From an uncultured Phycisphaerales bacterium (GTDB lineage Bacteria; Planctomycetota; Phycisphaerae; Tepidisphaerales; Tepidisphaeraceae), in assembly GCA_963792535.1 (NCBI GenBank), contig CAWBWQ010000001.1, positions 480,001 through 544,000 on the forward strand: 64,000 bases of DNA, written 5' to 3'. Made by a program: the position numbers and the translations under genes. This document shows positions 18,775 to 28,013 of this stretch, one piece after another. The first letter of the stretch is position 1. Every line of letters begins with the position of its first letter. The notes beneath the pieces were generated by a model. It saw only the letters and a list, made by a program, of their open reading frames with translations, did no database searches and had not been told where the DNA came from.

Positions 18775-19782
18775 ATGTCCGATTCATATCAAACTCTAAT
18801 AGGTCATCTCAGCCGGGCCAGGCGCGTTTTGATTACCACGCATGTGCGACCTGATGGAGACGCCCTCGGCTCCACTGCCGCAATGGTAGCCGGGCTGCGC
18901 ACAAAGGGGATCGCGGCAAAGGTGCTTCTGCTGAGTCATCTGCCCAGCAAGTACGCGTTTATCTATCAAGAGCTGGAGGTTGATCACTTTGATGTAGAAG
19001 CTGGCTGGCCTGCTGATTTTACCATGCAGGGATTTGATGCCTTGCTGGTAGTCGATACCGGAACGTGGTCGCAATTGCCGGGATTCAGGGAGCGCCTGGC
19101 AGAATTTACCGGCAGGAAACTGGTGTTAGACCACCACCTGACGCAGGAGGATTGGGCGGACGATAAACTGGTCGTCACGCAGGCGGCAGCGGCGGGGGAG
19201 ATCGTGGCGAACCTGCTTCAGGCGTGGGATGTTGAATTTACCCCCTCGATTTCCAAAGCGCTATACCTGGCTATTGTTGCTGATACCGGTTGGTTTCAGT
19301 ACTCCAACACCACTCCTCACACACTGCGACTTGCCGCCAGATTGATGGAAGCGGGCGTGGATACGGATGAGCTCTATCAATTGCTTTATCAAAGCGAGCG
19401 ACCGCAGCGTGTGATGCTCCAGGCGGCGGTGCAGAAATCACTGGAGTTATTGTGCGACAATCGTCTGGCGGTCATGCAGACGCGTCGGGAGGATTTTCTT
19501 GAGACCGGGGCACGTGCGGGTGACACTGAGGCGCTGATTAATATTCCGCTGCAGATTCAGACGGTTCAGGTATCGATGCTTTTTAATGAGCCGATAGAAG
19601 GCGGGGCGATCCGCGTGAGCCTGCGCAGCAAAGGGCATGTGGACGTTGCAAAGTTCGCGCAGCAGTTTGGCGGTGGTGGGCATGCAAGGGCAGCGGGCCT
19701 GAGGGTAGAGGACACCCTGGCAAAGGCGAGGGAGAAAGTCGTTAATGCCATGCTGCTCGCACTTGCACAAAGCAACACCTGA
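18775..19782 (+). CDS. DHH family phosphoesterase (NrnA-like oligoribonuclease/pAp phosphatase)
   Basis: HVRPDGDALGS, VVDT, LDHH, DTGWF, SLRS, GGGGHARAAG. Confidence 0.93.
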   Translation: MSDSYQTLIGHLSRARRVLITTHVRPDGDALGSTAAMVAGLRTKGIAAKVLLLSHLPSKYAFIYQELEVDHFDVEAGWPADFTMQGFDALLVVDTGTWSQLPGFRERLAEFTGRKLVLDHHLTQEDWADDKLVVTQAAAAGEIVANLLQAWDVEFTPSISKALYLAIVADTGWFQYSNTTPHTLRLAARLMEAGVDTDELYQLLYQSERPQRVMLQAAVQKSLELLCDNRLAVMQTRREDFLETGARAGDTEALINIPLQIQTVQVSMLFNEPIEGGAIRVSLRSKGHVDVAKFAQQFGGGGHARAAGLRVEDTLAKAREKVVNAMLLALAQSNT

Positions 19783-19885
19783 TTTTTGCTCGGCTAAGGA
19801 AACTTTCCATACCTTCGTTCCCGGCGCGGGTCTATGATTATGGAAAAGGGGTTTGCACGCAGGCATCACCAGCTGGAGTCATTCA

Positions 19886-21221
19886 ATGCCGGTATCGCGA
19901 TTACAAAGCTGCGGCCTGTATGCTCCCGATTTTGTTAGGCAGTCACTCGCTGTGGGGCGATGTGATTCATCTCAAAGATGGCACGCAGCTCGAGGGGATC
20001 GTCAAGCATACCGATGACGGCTGGGTCATTCATACCAACGGAAAACAAATCCATGTGCCGGTCACGGATGTTGATTCCATAGAACTTTCACCCGCGACCC
20101 GCGCCTCTCCCCAGGCCGCGATCGAGCGGCTCGCGTCACTGAGGCGCTCCGTGGAAGGGCTTGGCGATCTCACCGAAATTACCGCGCGATTCCAGCGATT
20201 TGTCGATCAGAGTACGGATGCCACTGCCACCGCGGAGGCAAAAAAGGATCTGGTCGTATGGCAGGAACGATCGCGGTTGAAAATGGTGAAGGTAGGCTCG
20301 GAATGGGTGACATCGGATCAACGTGACAAGCTGATCGAGCATGCTGAATCCGTTGCCGAGACCGCACGACAGCTCATGAAGCAGGGCCGGACTAAAGAAG
20401 CCGAGCCTCTGTTGCAAGATGTGCTGAAGACCGATCCCACAAACGCGACGGCTTTATACCTCACCGGCGTATTGCGATTGCAGCAGGACCAGCTGACCGC
20501 CTCGCGCAAAGCCTTCGAAGCGGCATCGGCGATCATTCCTAATCACGCGCCCACTTTGAACAATCTTGGCATTGTCCAGTGGCGGCAGCATGAATACATA
20601 CCCAGCCTGCAATGTTTTGACGCAGCCATGCTGGCCAAGCCCGTCGATAGGACGATCGTGGATAACGTCGCGGTCGCTCTTCAGAATTTGCCGATCGATC
20701 TTCAGAAAAGTCCGGTGACGCTGAAGCTGCTTCGGCATTTCAATGAACAGGATCAGAAGCTGTCCGAGCAAATGGCGCAGGTTGGAATGCGGCGTCTTGG
20801 ATCGTTGTGGGTTTCGGATCATGACCTGGCACAGATGAAGGCCGATGAAAAACTGGTTCAGGACAAGCTCGATGCCCTTTCAGGGGAGTTTGATAAGACC
20901 AGGGAGCGGGCGGATACATTAAGCGAAAATATCGAAAGCAATCAGGCGGAAATGAGCCGAATCGAAGCCAGCAGCTTTGTTACTGACCAGGTGACAGGGA
21001 TCCGCGTTGCGATGCCCTATCCTTCTACGTATTACGATTTGCAGCGCGAGGCACAGAGAATGGTGCGCGATCGGGATGCGGAGACTGCAAAACTGGATGC
21101 GATTAAAAAGCAGGCCCAGGATCTGCAGAACCGCAGGCCAACTGCTAAGAATCAGGGTGTTATGCAACCGATTGGGGCCGAGGGCACCCCGATTAAGATT
21201 AACGCGTTGGTCGGTAAGTAA
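19886..21221 (+). CDS. Secreted TPR/coiled-coil protein (signal peptide probably broken by an indel at about 19908; main ORF 19920-21221)
   Basis: DVIHLKDGTQLEG N-terminal motif, TPRs (ALYLTGVL, TLNNLGIV), C-terminal coiled coil. Confidence 0.8.
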
Positions 21222-21249
21222 TCAGTAACAGATATGACTACGATCGGCA

Positions 21250-21498
21250 TTAAGCGAGATAACGCTTCTCCGCCGGATCGTCCACTTCCACTTCAATGCA
21301 CTCCTGGATGCATCGCGAACTGAGGCCCAGGCGAGCTTCCTGTCGATGGGCTTCGAGCATGATCTCAAGCGCTTCACGCAATCGCTGGCGACATTCACCC
21401 AGGCTCTTGCCTTGTGCGATAGTACCGGGGATTTCTTCCACCCAGCCTACGAATCGGCCGTGTTCCGGCCGAATGATGGTGTGGTATCGCTGTCGCAT
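21250..21498 (-). CDS. HicB-like antitoxin domain protein (stand-alone)
   Basis: YHTIIRPEHGRFVGWVEEIPGTIAQGKSLGECRQRLREAL matches the HicB N-terminal RNase H-like fold pattern. Confidence 0.85.
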   Translation of the reverse strand: MRQRYHTIIRPEHGRFVGWVEEIPGTIAQGKSLGECRQRLREALEIMLEAHRQEARLGLSSRCIQECIEVEVDDPAEKRYLA

Positions 21499-21578
21499 GA
21501 CGGCATTGTTGAGCGCGAGTTCAACTCCCGTCAAGTGAAACTTTTCCAGCAGCGATGAATCCGAAAGATGAAAATGTC

Positions 21579-21815
21579 TTAGCGTCGCTCGGTGTCCAGC
21601 ATATCCAGCAAAGAGCCGGTCATCTGGTTGGCGGTCTTAAGTACCAGAACATCGGCCCTGAAACTTATTTTCTCGAGGCTCAGATCGACGGCGTTCTGCG
21701 GCAGTTTGTCGAGGCTGTCAGGCCCCGCTATTTGCTGCGAAGTATTCGCGAATCGGCTGGATACCGAATCCAGGGCTCGGCCGGCGACGGAATAGATGCT
21801 TGAAATGCTGCTCAA
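21579..21815 (-). CDS. Small protein resembling fused flagellar rod/hook N- and C-terminal segments
   Basis: N-term SIYSVAGRALDSVSSRF..SQQIA and C-term FRADVLVLKTANQMTGSLLDM resemble Flg_bbr/Flg_bbr_C. Confidence 0.65.
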   Translation of the reverse strand: MSSISSIYSVAGRALDSVSSRFANTSQQIAGPDSLDKLPQNAVDLSLEKISFRADVLVLKTANQMTGSLLDMLDTERR

Positions 21816-21932
21816 CGTATAAACATCTCGGCTGATTTTGTTCAGAACTTGAACTGTGAAGGAGAAGCAGCACGCGTGCGGGGCGATTGCACAGGAAATA
21901 TCACACGGGGATGTGACTGTAAGGTCGAAAGG

Positions 21933-22142
21933 TCACGCCGGATCATATCCGCGCCCGCCCCATGGATGGCAACGGCAGACACGCCGGGTTGCCTTGAAGC
22001 ATCCGGTTATCGGTCCATATTTATTGACCGCATCAATCGCATATTGGCTGCAAGTGGGGATGTACCTGCACTGTCCACCGAGCAGGCGGCCGATCGTAAC
22101 GCGATACAACAGGACGAGATGAATCAGCAACCACCGCATCAT
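21933..22142 (-). CDS. yidD: Membrane protein insertion efficiency factor
   Basis: CRYIPTCSQYA, RVCRCHPWGGRGYDP. Confidence 0.95.
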   Translation of the reverse strand: MMRWLLIHLVLLYRVTIGRLLGGQCRYIPTCSQYAIDAVNKYGPITGCFKATRRVCRCHPWGGRGYDPA

Positions 22143-22143
22143 T

Positions 22144-24801
22144 CTATTTAGCGGGGACAGACCGCTTCTTGGTTTTGGGCGCCGGATGCTTCACGCGACC
22201 GTTGCTGACCTTGACTTTCCCGTCGGCGGGCTTGGTGCTGACCGCCGGTCCAACGGCGATCTTCAACACCTCGTCGACGTTGTTCACAAAATGAAATTTC
22301 AGGTGGTCCTTCACTTCCTGCGGAAGATCCGGCATGTCTTTTTCATTTCGCTTGGGAACGATTACCTCACGTATCCCCGCGCGGAGTGCAGCGAGGGTTT
22401 TTTCCTTCAGTCCACCGATTGGCAGCACGAGGCCGCGCAGCGTGATCTCGCCTGTCATGGCGACGTCCGCGCGGGCGGATCTGTTTAACATCAACGATGC
22501 AAGAGAGGTAAACATCGCGGTGCCGGCACTGGGACCGTCCTTCGGAATTGCGCCGGCAGGAACATGGATGTGGATGTCGCTGTCGGCAAGCATCTTGGGA
22601 TCAATACCCATTTGCTCGGCGCGGCTTCGGATCAAAGTAAAGGCAGCCGTCGCGGACTCCTTCATAACCTCGCCGATCTGGCCGGTGAGGGTGATGTTCC
22701 CTCGTCCGGGGACCCGGCTGGATTCGATAAACAGGATTTCACCGCCCACGGGGGTGTATGCCATCCCGGTGGCGACGCCCGGGATGCTTGTGCGCTGGGC
22801 GAGCTCGGGCTCGAAGCGCCGGGGACCCAGTGTTTTCTCGACGTACGCGCGATCGACTGTAACCTTCTCGCTGGTTCCACTGACAATTTCCGCCGCGATC
22901 GCGCGGGCCACACTACCGATGCTTCGTTCCAGGTTTCTCACACCCGCTTCACGGGTGTAACTTTCAATAATGTCCTTCAGGGCCGGATCCTGAAATTTGG
23001 CCTGCTTTGGCTGCAGGCCATTGGCTTCCAGTTGCCGGGGGACGAGGTACGTCTTGGCAATGTGCAATTTATCGCTTTGCGTGTAGCCGGGAATTTCGAT
23101 TACTTCCATGCGGTCGCGCAGCGGGCCCGGAACCGGGTCCATGCTGTTGGAAGTGGCGATAAACAGCACTTTGCTCAGGTCGAATGGCACATCCAGATAA
23201 TGATCGGTAAAGGTGTGATTTTGTGCTGGATCAAGGACTTCTAACAGCGCCGACGCGGGATCGCCACGAAAGTCAGCGCCAAGCTTGTCAATCTCGTCCA
23301 GCATCATGACCGGGTTGCGCGTTCCGGCCTTTCGAAGCTCGGCGATAATGCGGCCCGGCATCGAGCCGATGTACGTGCGGCGATGACCCCGAATGTCGGC
23401 TTCGTCGCGAACACCGCCGAGAGCGACGCGAATAAAGTTTCGCCCCATGGCTTCAGCAATGCTCTTGCCCAAGGAGGTTTTTCCCACGCCCGGTGGACCC
23501 ACGAAGCACAGGATTGCGCCTGCCCCGCTTATGTTTTCCTCACCAAGGTTTCCATCGACTGCCTTATCCGGCGCAGGTAGCACATCGGACAAAACCACCG
23601 GATCCGCCGCGGCCGCCGATGAAGCTGCTAAGGCAGCGGCAGCGATTGCCTTATCCTCCAGCACTTTTTTCGCCAGCGAGGCTTTCACGGCGATATCGCG
23701 CTTCAGTTTCATCACTGCCAGATATTCCACGATCCGGCGCTTGACCTTATCCAGATCAAAGTGATCCCGGTCCAGGAGTTTTCTTGCTTCGGTGAGATCC
23801 AGCTTATCAGCCGTTGATACTGCCCAGGGCAACTCACCGACAATTTGCAACCAGGTGCGAATGACACCGTATTCAGGGCTTGCGCTGGGAATCGAATCCA
23901 GGCGTGTCAGTTCCCGGGTTGCTTCTTTCATCACGTTCACGGGCAGCTTGGCGGCATCTAATTTCGCGCGCAGCTGATCGACCTCGCTGCCGGCGCCACT
24001 GCCGCCTTCGGCGTCGCCGAGTTCCTTGCGGATGGCCTTGAGCTGTTCCTGCAGATAGTAACGGCGCTGGCTTTTGTCGATGTTTTCCTTCACCTGCGAC
24101 TGGATCTTGTTCTGCAGTTCCAGAACGTCCAACTGCGTTGCCAGCCGGGCCGCGATCAGGCGGAGGCGGCGCTCAACATCCATTTCTTCGAGCATGCGCT
24201 GCTTTTCCGGACTCTCGGCCTGCAAGTTGGCGGCGAGGAAATCGGCAAGAGCCGAAGGCTGGGTGATGCTCGCCAGCACCTGGGCTGCCTCGTCAGGCGT
24301 GTTGGGAGAGAGTTCGATCACGCGGTTTGCCTGCTGGCGGACCGAAGCGATCAGGGCATCGAGACCCGGACCGGATTCCACCATGTCTTCCAGAACATCC
24401 ACATGTCCCATCGCGAATGGATCGGTTTGCGTGAGATTATTCAGCCGAAACCGCGTTAATCCGTGCACAATAATCGACTGATTGCCATCGGGCAGCTTGA
24501 ACAGTTTAAGGATCATGCAGGCAACACCGGTGGTGTGCAGATCCTCGAATTGCGGATCTTCGGTCTCGGCATTTCTCTGCGTAACGACCCCGATCACTTT
24601 CTCACCGGGCATGACTTCATCGAGCAGATTCTTGGATTTCTGCCGTCCCACATTCAGGGGCATGACCGTGCCGGGAAAGACAACGATATTGCGAATTGGC
24701 AGGATCGGCAGGAGGCTGGGAATGGTCAATTGCTGACCGTTGGTGCCGGTGCGGATGATCGTGCCGGTTGGCGAGCGTTCTATGATTTGCGATTCGGACA
24801 T
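22144..24801 (-). CDS. lon: ATP-dependent Lon protease
   Basis: LPIRNIVVFP, GPPGVGKTS, DEADIRGHRRTYIG, LDEIDK, PKDGPSAG, IGGLKEK. Confidence 0.98.
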   Translation of the reverse strand: MSESQIIERSPTGTIIRTGTNGQQLTIPSLLPILPIRNIVVFPGTVMPLNVGRQKSKNLLDEVMPGEKVIGVVTQRNAETEDPQFEDLHTTGVACMILKLFKLPDGNQSIIVHGLTRFRLNNLTQTDPFAMGHVDVLEDMVESGPGLDALIASVRQQANRVIELSPNTPDEAAQVLASITQPSALADFLAANLQAESPEKQRMLEEMDVERRLRLIAARLATQLDVLELQNKIQSQVKENIDKSQRRYYLQEQLKAIRKELGDAEGGSGAGSEVDQLRAKLDAAKLPVNVMKEATRELTRLDSIPSASPEYGVIRTWLQIVGELPWAVSTADKLDLTEARKLLDRDHFDLDKVKRRIVEYLAVMKLKRDIAVKASLAKKVLEDKAIAAAALAASSAAAADPVVLSDVLPAPDKAVDGNLGEENISGAGAILCFVGPPGVGKTSLGKSIAEAMGRNFIRVALGGVRDEADIRGHRRTYIGSMPGRIIAELRKAGTRNPVMMLDEIDKLGADFRGDPASALLEVLDPAQNHTFTDHYLDVPFDLSKVLFIATSNSMDPVPGPLRDRMEVIEIPGYTQSDKLHIAKTYLVPRQLEANGLQPKQAKFQDPALKDIIESYTREAGVRNLERSIGSVARAIAAEIVSGTSEKVTVDRAYVEKTLGPRRFEPELAQRTSIPGVATGMAYTPVGGEILFIESSRVPGRGNITLTGQIGEVMKESATAAFTLIRSRAEQMGIDPKMLADSDIHIHVPAGAIPKDGPSAGTAMFTSLASLMLNRSARADVAMTGEITLRGLVLPIGGLKEKTLAALRAGIREVIVPKRNEKDMPDLPQEVKDHLKFHFVNNVDEVLKIAVGPAVSTKPADGKVKVSNGRVKHPAPKTKKRSVPAK

Positions 24802-24883
24802 AATGTGTCGGTGATCTGTTTGTTGGTTATCCCAAGGAAAGTTGCATCAGTAACCGACCATGGACAACTCACAAAAGACATTC

Positions 24884-25309
24884 CTATTTTTTCGGTAATT
24901 CAATCCACAGCATTCCATTGCGATAATGGGCTACGATCCTGGTCTGGGCGACGTGTTCGGGCAATTCCACCTCGCGGAAAAACGCGCCGTGATCGATCTC
25001 CATCATATGAACGCGAAGCTTGCCCCTTTCCGTGGAGACCGAATCGGGCTCGCCGTAGCTTGGCACACTGCGATTGCCACGAATACTCAAGCGACCGTTG
25101 GAAACTTCCAGATCAATTTTTTCCTTCTCCACACCGGCCAGATCCACACACACCAGATACTGATCGTCGGTCTCATACAGATTCACGTTGGGAGCCCAGG
25201 TATCGTTAGGGCGAAAGTTGTAGTAACCCTTCTGCATCTGCTCAACAATCTTGTTGACGTTTCGGCTGATGTGCTGAAACGGATGGTCAGGTCCGGTCAC
25301 GGTCCGCAT
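24884..25309 (-). CDS. Small heat-shock protein (Hsp20/alpha-crystallin)
   Basis: PNVNLYET, VDLAGV, EIDHGAFFREVELP, AHYRNGMLWIELPK; GGAGGT RBS. Confidence 0.95.
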   Translation of the reverse strand: MRTVTGPDHPFQHISRNVNKIVEQMQKGYYNFRPNDTWAPNVNLYETDDQYLVCVDLAGVEKEKIDLEVSNGRLSIRGNRSVPSYGEPDSVSTERGKLRVHMMEIDHGAFFREVELPEHVAQTRIVAHYRNGMLWIELPKK

Positions 25310-25438
25310 TACTTACCTCCAGAGACTCACTTAACGCGATTTGCGATATAATAGACATGCCCGGCGGGCGCGGGTAGGTGCGAATTGAACATATGAAAAA
25401 AAATCGCGATGTTGAGACAACGCTCAATCCTGCGCGAT

Positions 25439-26686
25439 TCAGACGATCATCAGATCCTTCGGATCCCGCAGCGCCACGCCCAATTCCATCAGCGCGTCGT
25501 AAATTTTCACATGCCTGAGCTTTTCGACCGCACCACCGCTGAATAGTTTGGCCAACCGACGCTGCACGCGCCGTTCGATTGAACCACACAGGGGGATCCC
25601 ACGAAAGCGCATCCCCGCCCGGTAAAGGTTGTTCAACCTGCCATCGTACCACGTGCCGATTATTTTCTGCCAGCGGCGGATTTCCTCTTGCCGGGAATCC
25701 TCATATTGCTGCATGGATTCCGCTGTGTCGGCCTCGATTGCCTTGGACAGCCGAAAAGCATCCTTCATGCCGAGGTACAAGCCAGTCGAAAGAACCGGGT
25801 CGATAAATCCGGCAGCATCTCCCACACAGGTCCAGCCGGGCCCGTGAAGTTTTTCGAGTACAATCTGATAATTGTTGTACTTAACCACGGGTGTCAAACG
25901 CTTCGCCCCGGCGGTGTAAACTTTCAGGCTTGGTTCATCGGCCAGGTAGTTGTCATACTGCTCTTCGATTGTTTCACCGTAGCGAACTAAGTGCTCCGGC
26001 TTGATCACCACCCCCAGTGAGACACGCCCCGGAAGCGGAATGCGCCACGACCAGCCGCGAGTCAGCGGATTCAGATGGATGTGTCCCTCGTGGATCAGTT
26101 CGGATTTATCGAGATGCGCAAAAAGAGCCACATCCTCCCGGCCTCCTTTTCGCAGCGGAATGTCCAGCAGCCTGGAGATAGTTCTCGCACGCCCCGTTGC
26201 ATCAACTACTAAGTCAGGATGGCGATCGAGGAATCCTTCGGTTTTATCCAGTGTCTCCTGGGCCAGCCGAACGCTGCCGGGTATCTCTCCTTTTTCCAGT
26301 TTTGCGGTGAAAGAAAATGTTTTGGCGCCGGCTTTCACAGCGGCTTTGGTTACCGCTGCGTCGAATAAATCGCGCGGGGTGTTGTAAGCGTAATGCGGAA
26401 GGTGGCCCAGGGCTGTGTTGAATGGCGCGTAGATCGTCTCTTTCAACGTCAGGCAAACCGTGGCACCCGGTTTAAAGGTGCTGAACGATTTCACGTCATC
26501 TTCGATTCCCAATTCCCGCAGCATCGGAACCACTGCGGGCAACAAAGACTCCCCGACGATCAGCGGAGGTCGCTTATCGATTTGAAAGATTGCAATCTTG
26601 TGCCCTTGCCGGGCCAGCAACGTTGCCAGTGAAGCTCCGGCAGGACCACCACCAATAATCGCTATCGTTTTCGGTGCGTTCTTCAT
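25439..26686 (-). CDS. FAD-dependent oxidoreductase, flavin-dependent halogenase-like
   Basis: GGGPAG, IVGESLLP, FKPGA, DATGR, WSWRIPL (WxWxIP), VGDAAGFIDPVLSTG. Confidence 0.85.
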   Translation of the reverse strand: MKNAPKTIAIIGGGPAGASLATLLARQGHKIAIFQIDKRPPLIVGESLLPAVVPMLRELGIEDDVKSFSTFKPGATVCLTLKETIYAPFNTALGHLPHYAYNTPRDLFDAAVTKAAVKAGAKTFSFTAKLEKGEIPGSVRLAQETLDKTEGFLDRHPDLVVDATGRARTISRLLDIPLRKGGREDVALFAHLDKSELIHEGHIHLNPLTRGWSWRIPLPGRVSLGVVIKPEHLVRYGETIEEQYDNYLADEPSLKVYTAGAKRLTPVVKYNNYQIVLEKLHGPGWTCVGDAAGFIDPVLSTGLYLGMKDAFRLSKAIEADTAESMQQYEDSRQEEIRRWQKIIGTWYDGRLNNLYRAGMRFRGIPLCGSIERRVQRRLAKLFSGGAVEKLRHVKIYDALMELGVALRDPKDLMIV

Positions 26687-26702
26687 GTGAGACGAAAGCG
26701 TA

Positions 26703-27937
26703 TCATTTCGAGGGCAACCTGCAACGATTTGCCATGCCCGCCGCGTCCAGTTGGTATACCTCGACAGAAGCGTTTTGCACAAAGGCCCCGGGCCACGCCA
26801 GGGATGGCGCTGTTCCTGGATCCACAAGCGAAAGCACCGTCTTATTCCACGATTCAGCGCTCTGGCAAAACACCTTGGGATAGGCCCCGCCGGGGTTATC
26901 CAAAGCGTGCGAAAACGCGGCACTGAGCACGCTCGGGTCCATATCCCAGGTGCAATGAACGCGATCGTATTTACATTTCCAGTCGCACCCATAACACGCA
27001 AGCGGAAGGCATGCGACGGTGGTCAAGGCCGAATATGGCATGAACCGACCGAAGTGACCTCCGCCCAGCAGCACCACATTCGGCGTACTCACCGCGCAGG
27101 CGATATGTGCCAGTGCGGTTTCCGCGCCCACCGCCAGCCTGCAGCGTCGGAGGATCGCTGCGGCTTGTAGCAGGGTCGTTTTGCCAGAGAGATTAACACT
27201 ACGCACCCCCGCATCATTTAAATTACTGAGATTCATCGCCGAGTCTTCGGCGCCACCCAACGCAATCAACTGGAGGTCTCTATCCCTGCACGCGGCTGCA
27301 ATCGCTTTTCCATAGAACTGATATTTGTGAAATCCATGTTGCGCCCTGCAAACAGGGCGACCGTTTGCCGGGGGTCCAGCGAATGCTCCTCGAAAACCGC
27401 TGTGGCAAAGTCCTCGTCGTCAGGGCCCGTCCAAACCGTCGGCCGAATCTCATTGGGATTAAAGGGAACGTTAATACCAGCCAGAAAGTCCGCGTGTCGC
27501 TCGAGTTCGGGCTTCCACAACCCGCTACTGGGAACGAGTTTTGTATACCGACGATTGTTCGATTCACGGTGCTCGGCGCGAACCCGGGAGAGATCGCCTG
27601 CGTGGCCAATTCGTTGTGTCGCAAGCGTTGCCGCCGACAGAAAATCCGCAACTTCTGACCGGGAATAAGCCGGGCTCAGACAGATGTCTGCCTTGAACTC
27701 CTGCAGTTGCCTGGCGACCGACTGTCGAAAGTCCTGGCTGCCAAAACGCGCAAAGGTGATCTCAAATATCTCATTGACGAACGGGCACCGCTGGTAAATA
27801 GACGCAGCTGAATCTGGGGTGACAACAACCAGCCTGGCGTCGGGATACGCTCGCCTGATGGGTGCGAGCATGCACGCCGAAAGAACATGGTCTCCGACCG
27901 AATCACATCGCAGATACAAAATAGTGAGCGAGGGCAT
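26703..27937 (-). CDS. Glycosyltransferase family 9 (heptosyltransferase-like), apparent frameshift at about 27342
   Basis: DSVGDHVLS..IRRAYPDARL; NLSGKTTLLQAAAIL..ETALAHIACAVSTPNVVL. Adding one G at GGGCGC joins both ORFs (AGAQHGFHKY...). Confidence 0.88.
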
Positions 27938-28013
27938 TAGCCATCACTCGTACATCAATCTGACCGATGCGGCAACACTCATGCACACGGCCCGCAGCGC
28001 ATGGCGGTCGCCT

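Noticed and set aside
25310..25438. CIRCE/HrcA operator upstream of hsp20-lon
   Set aside because: No TTAGCACTC-N9-GAGTGCTAA match seen.
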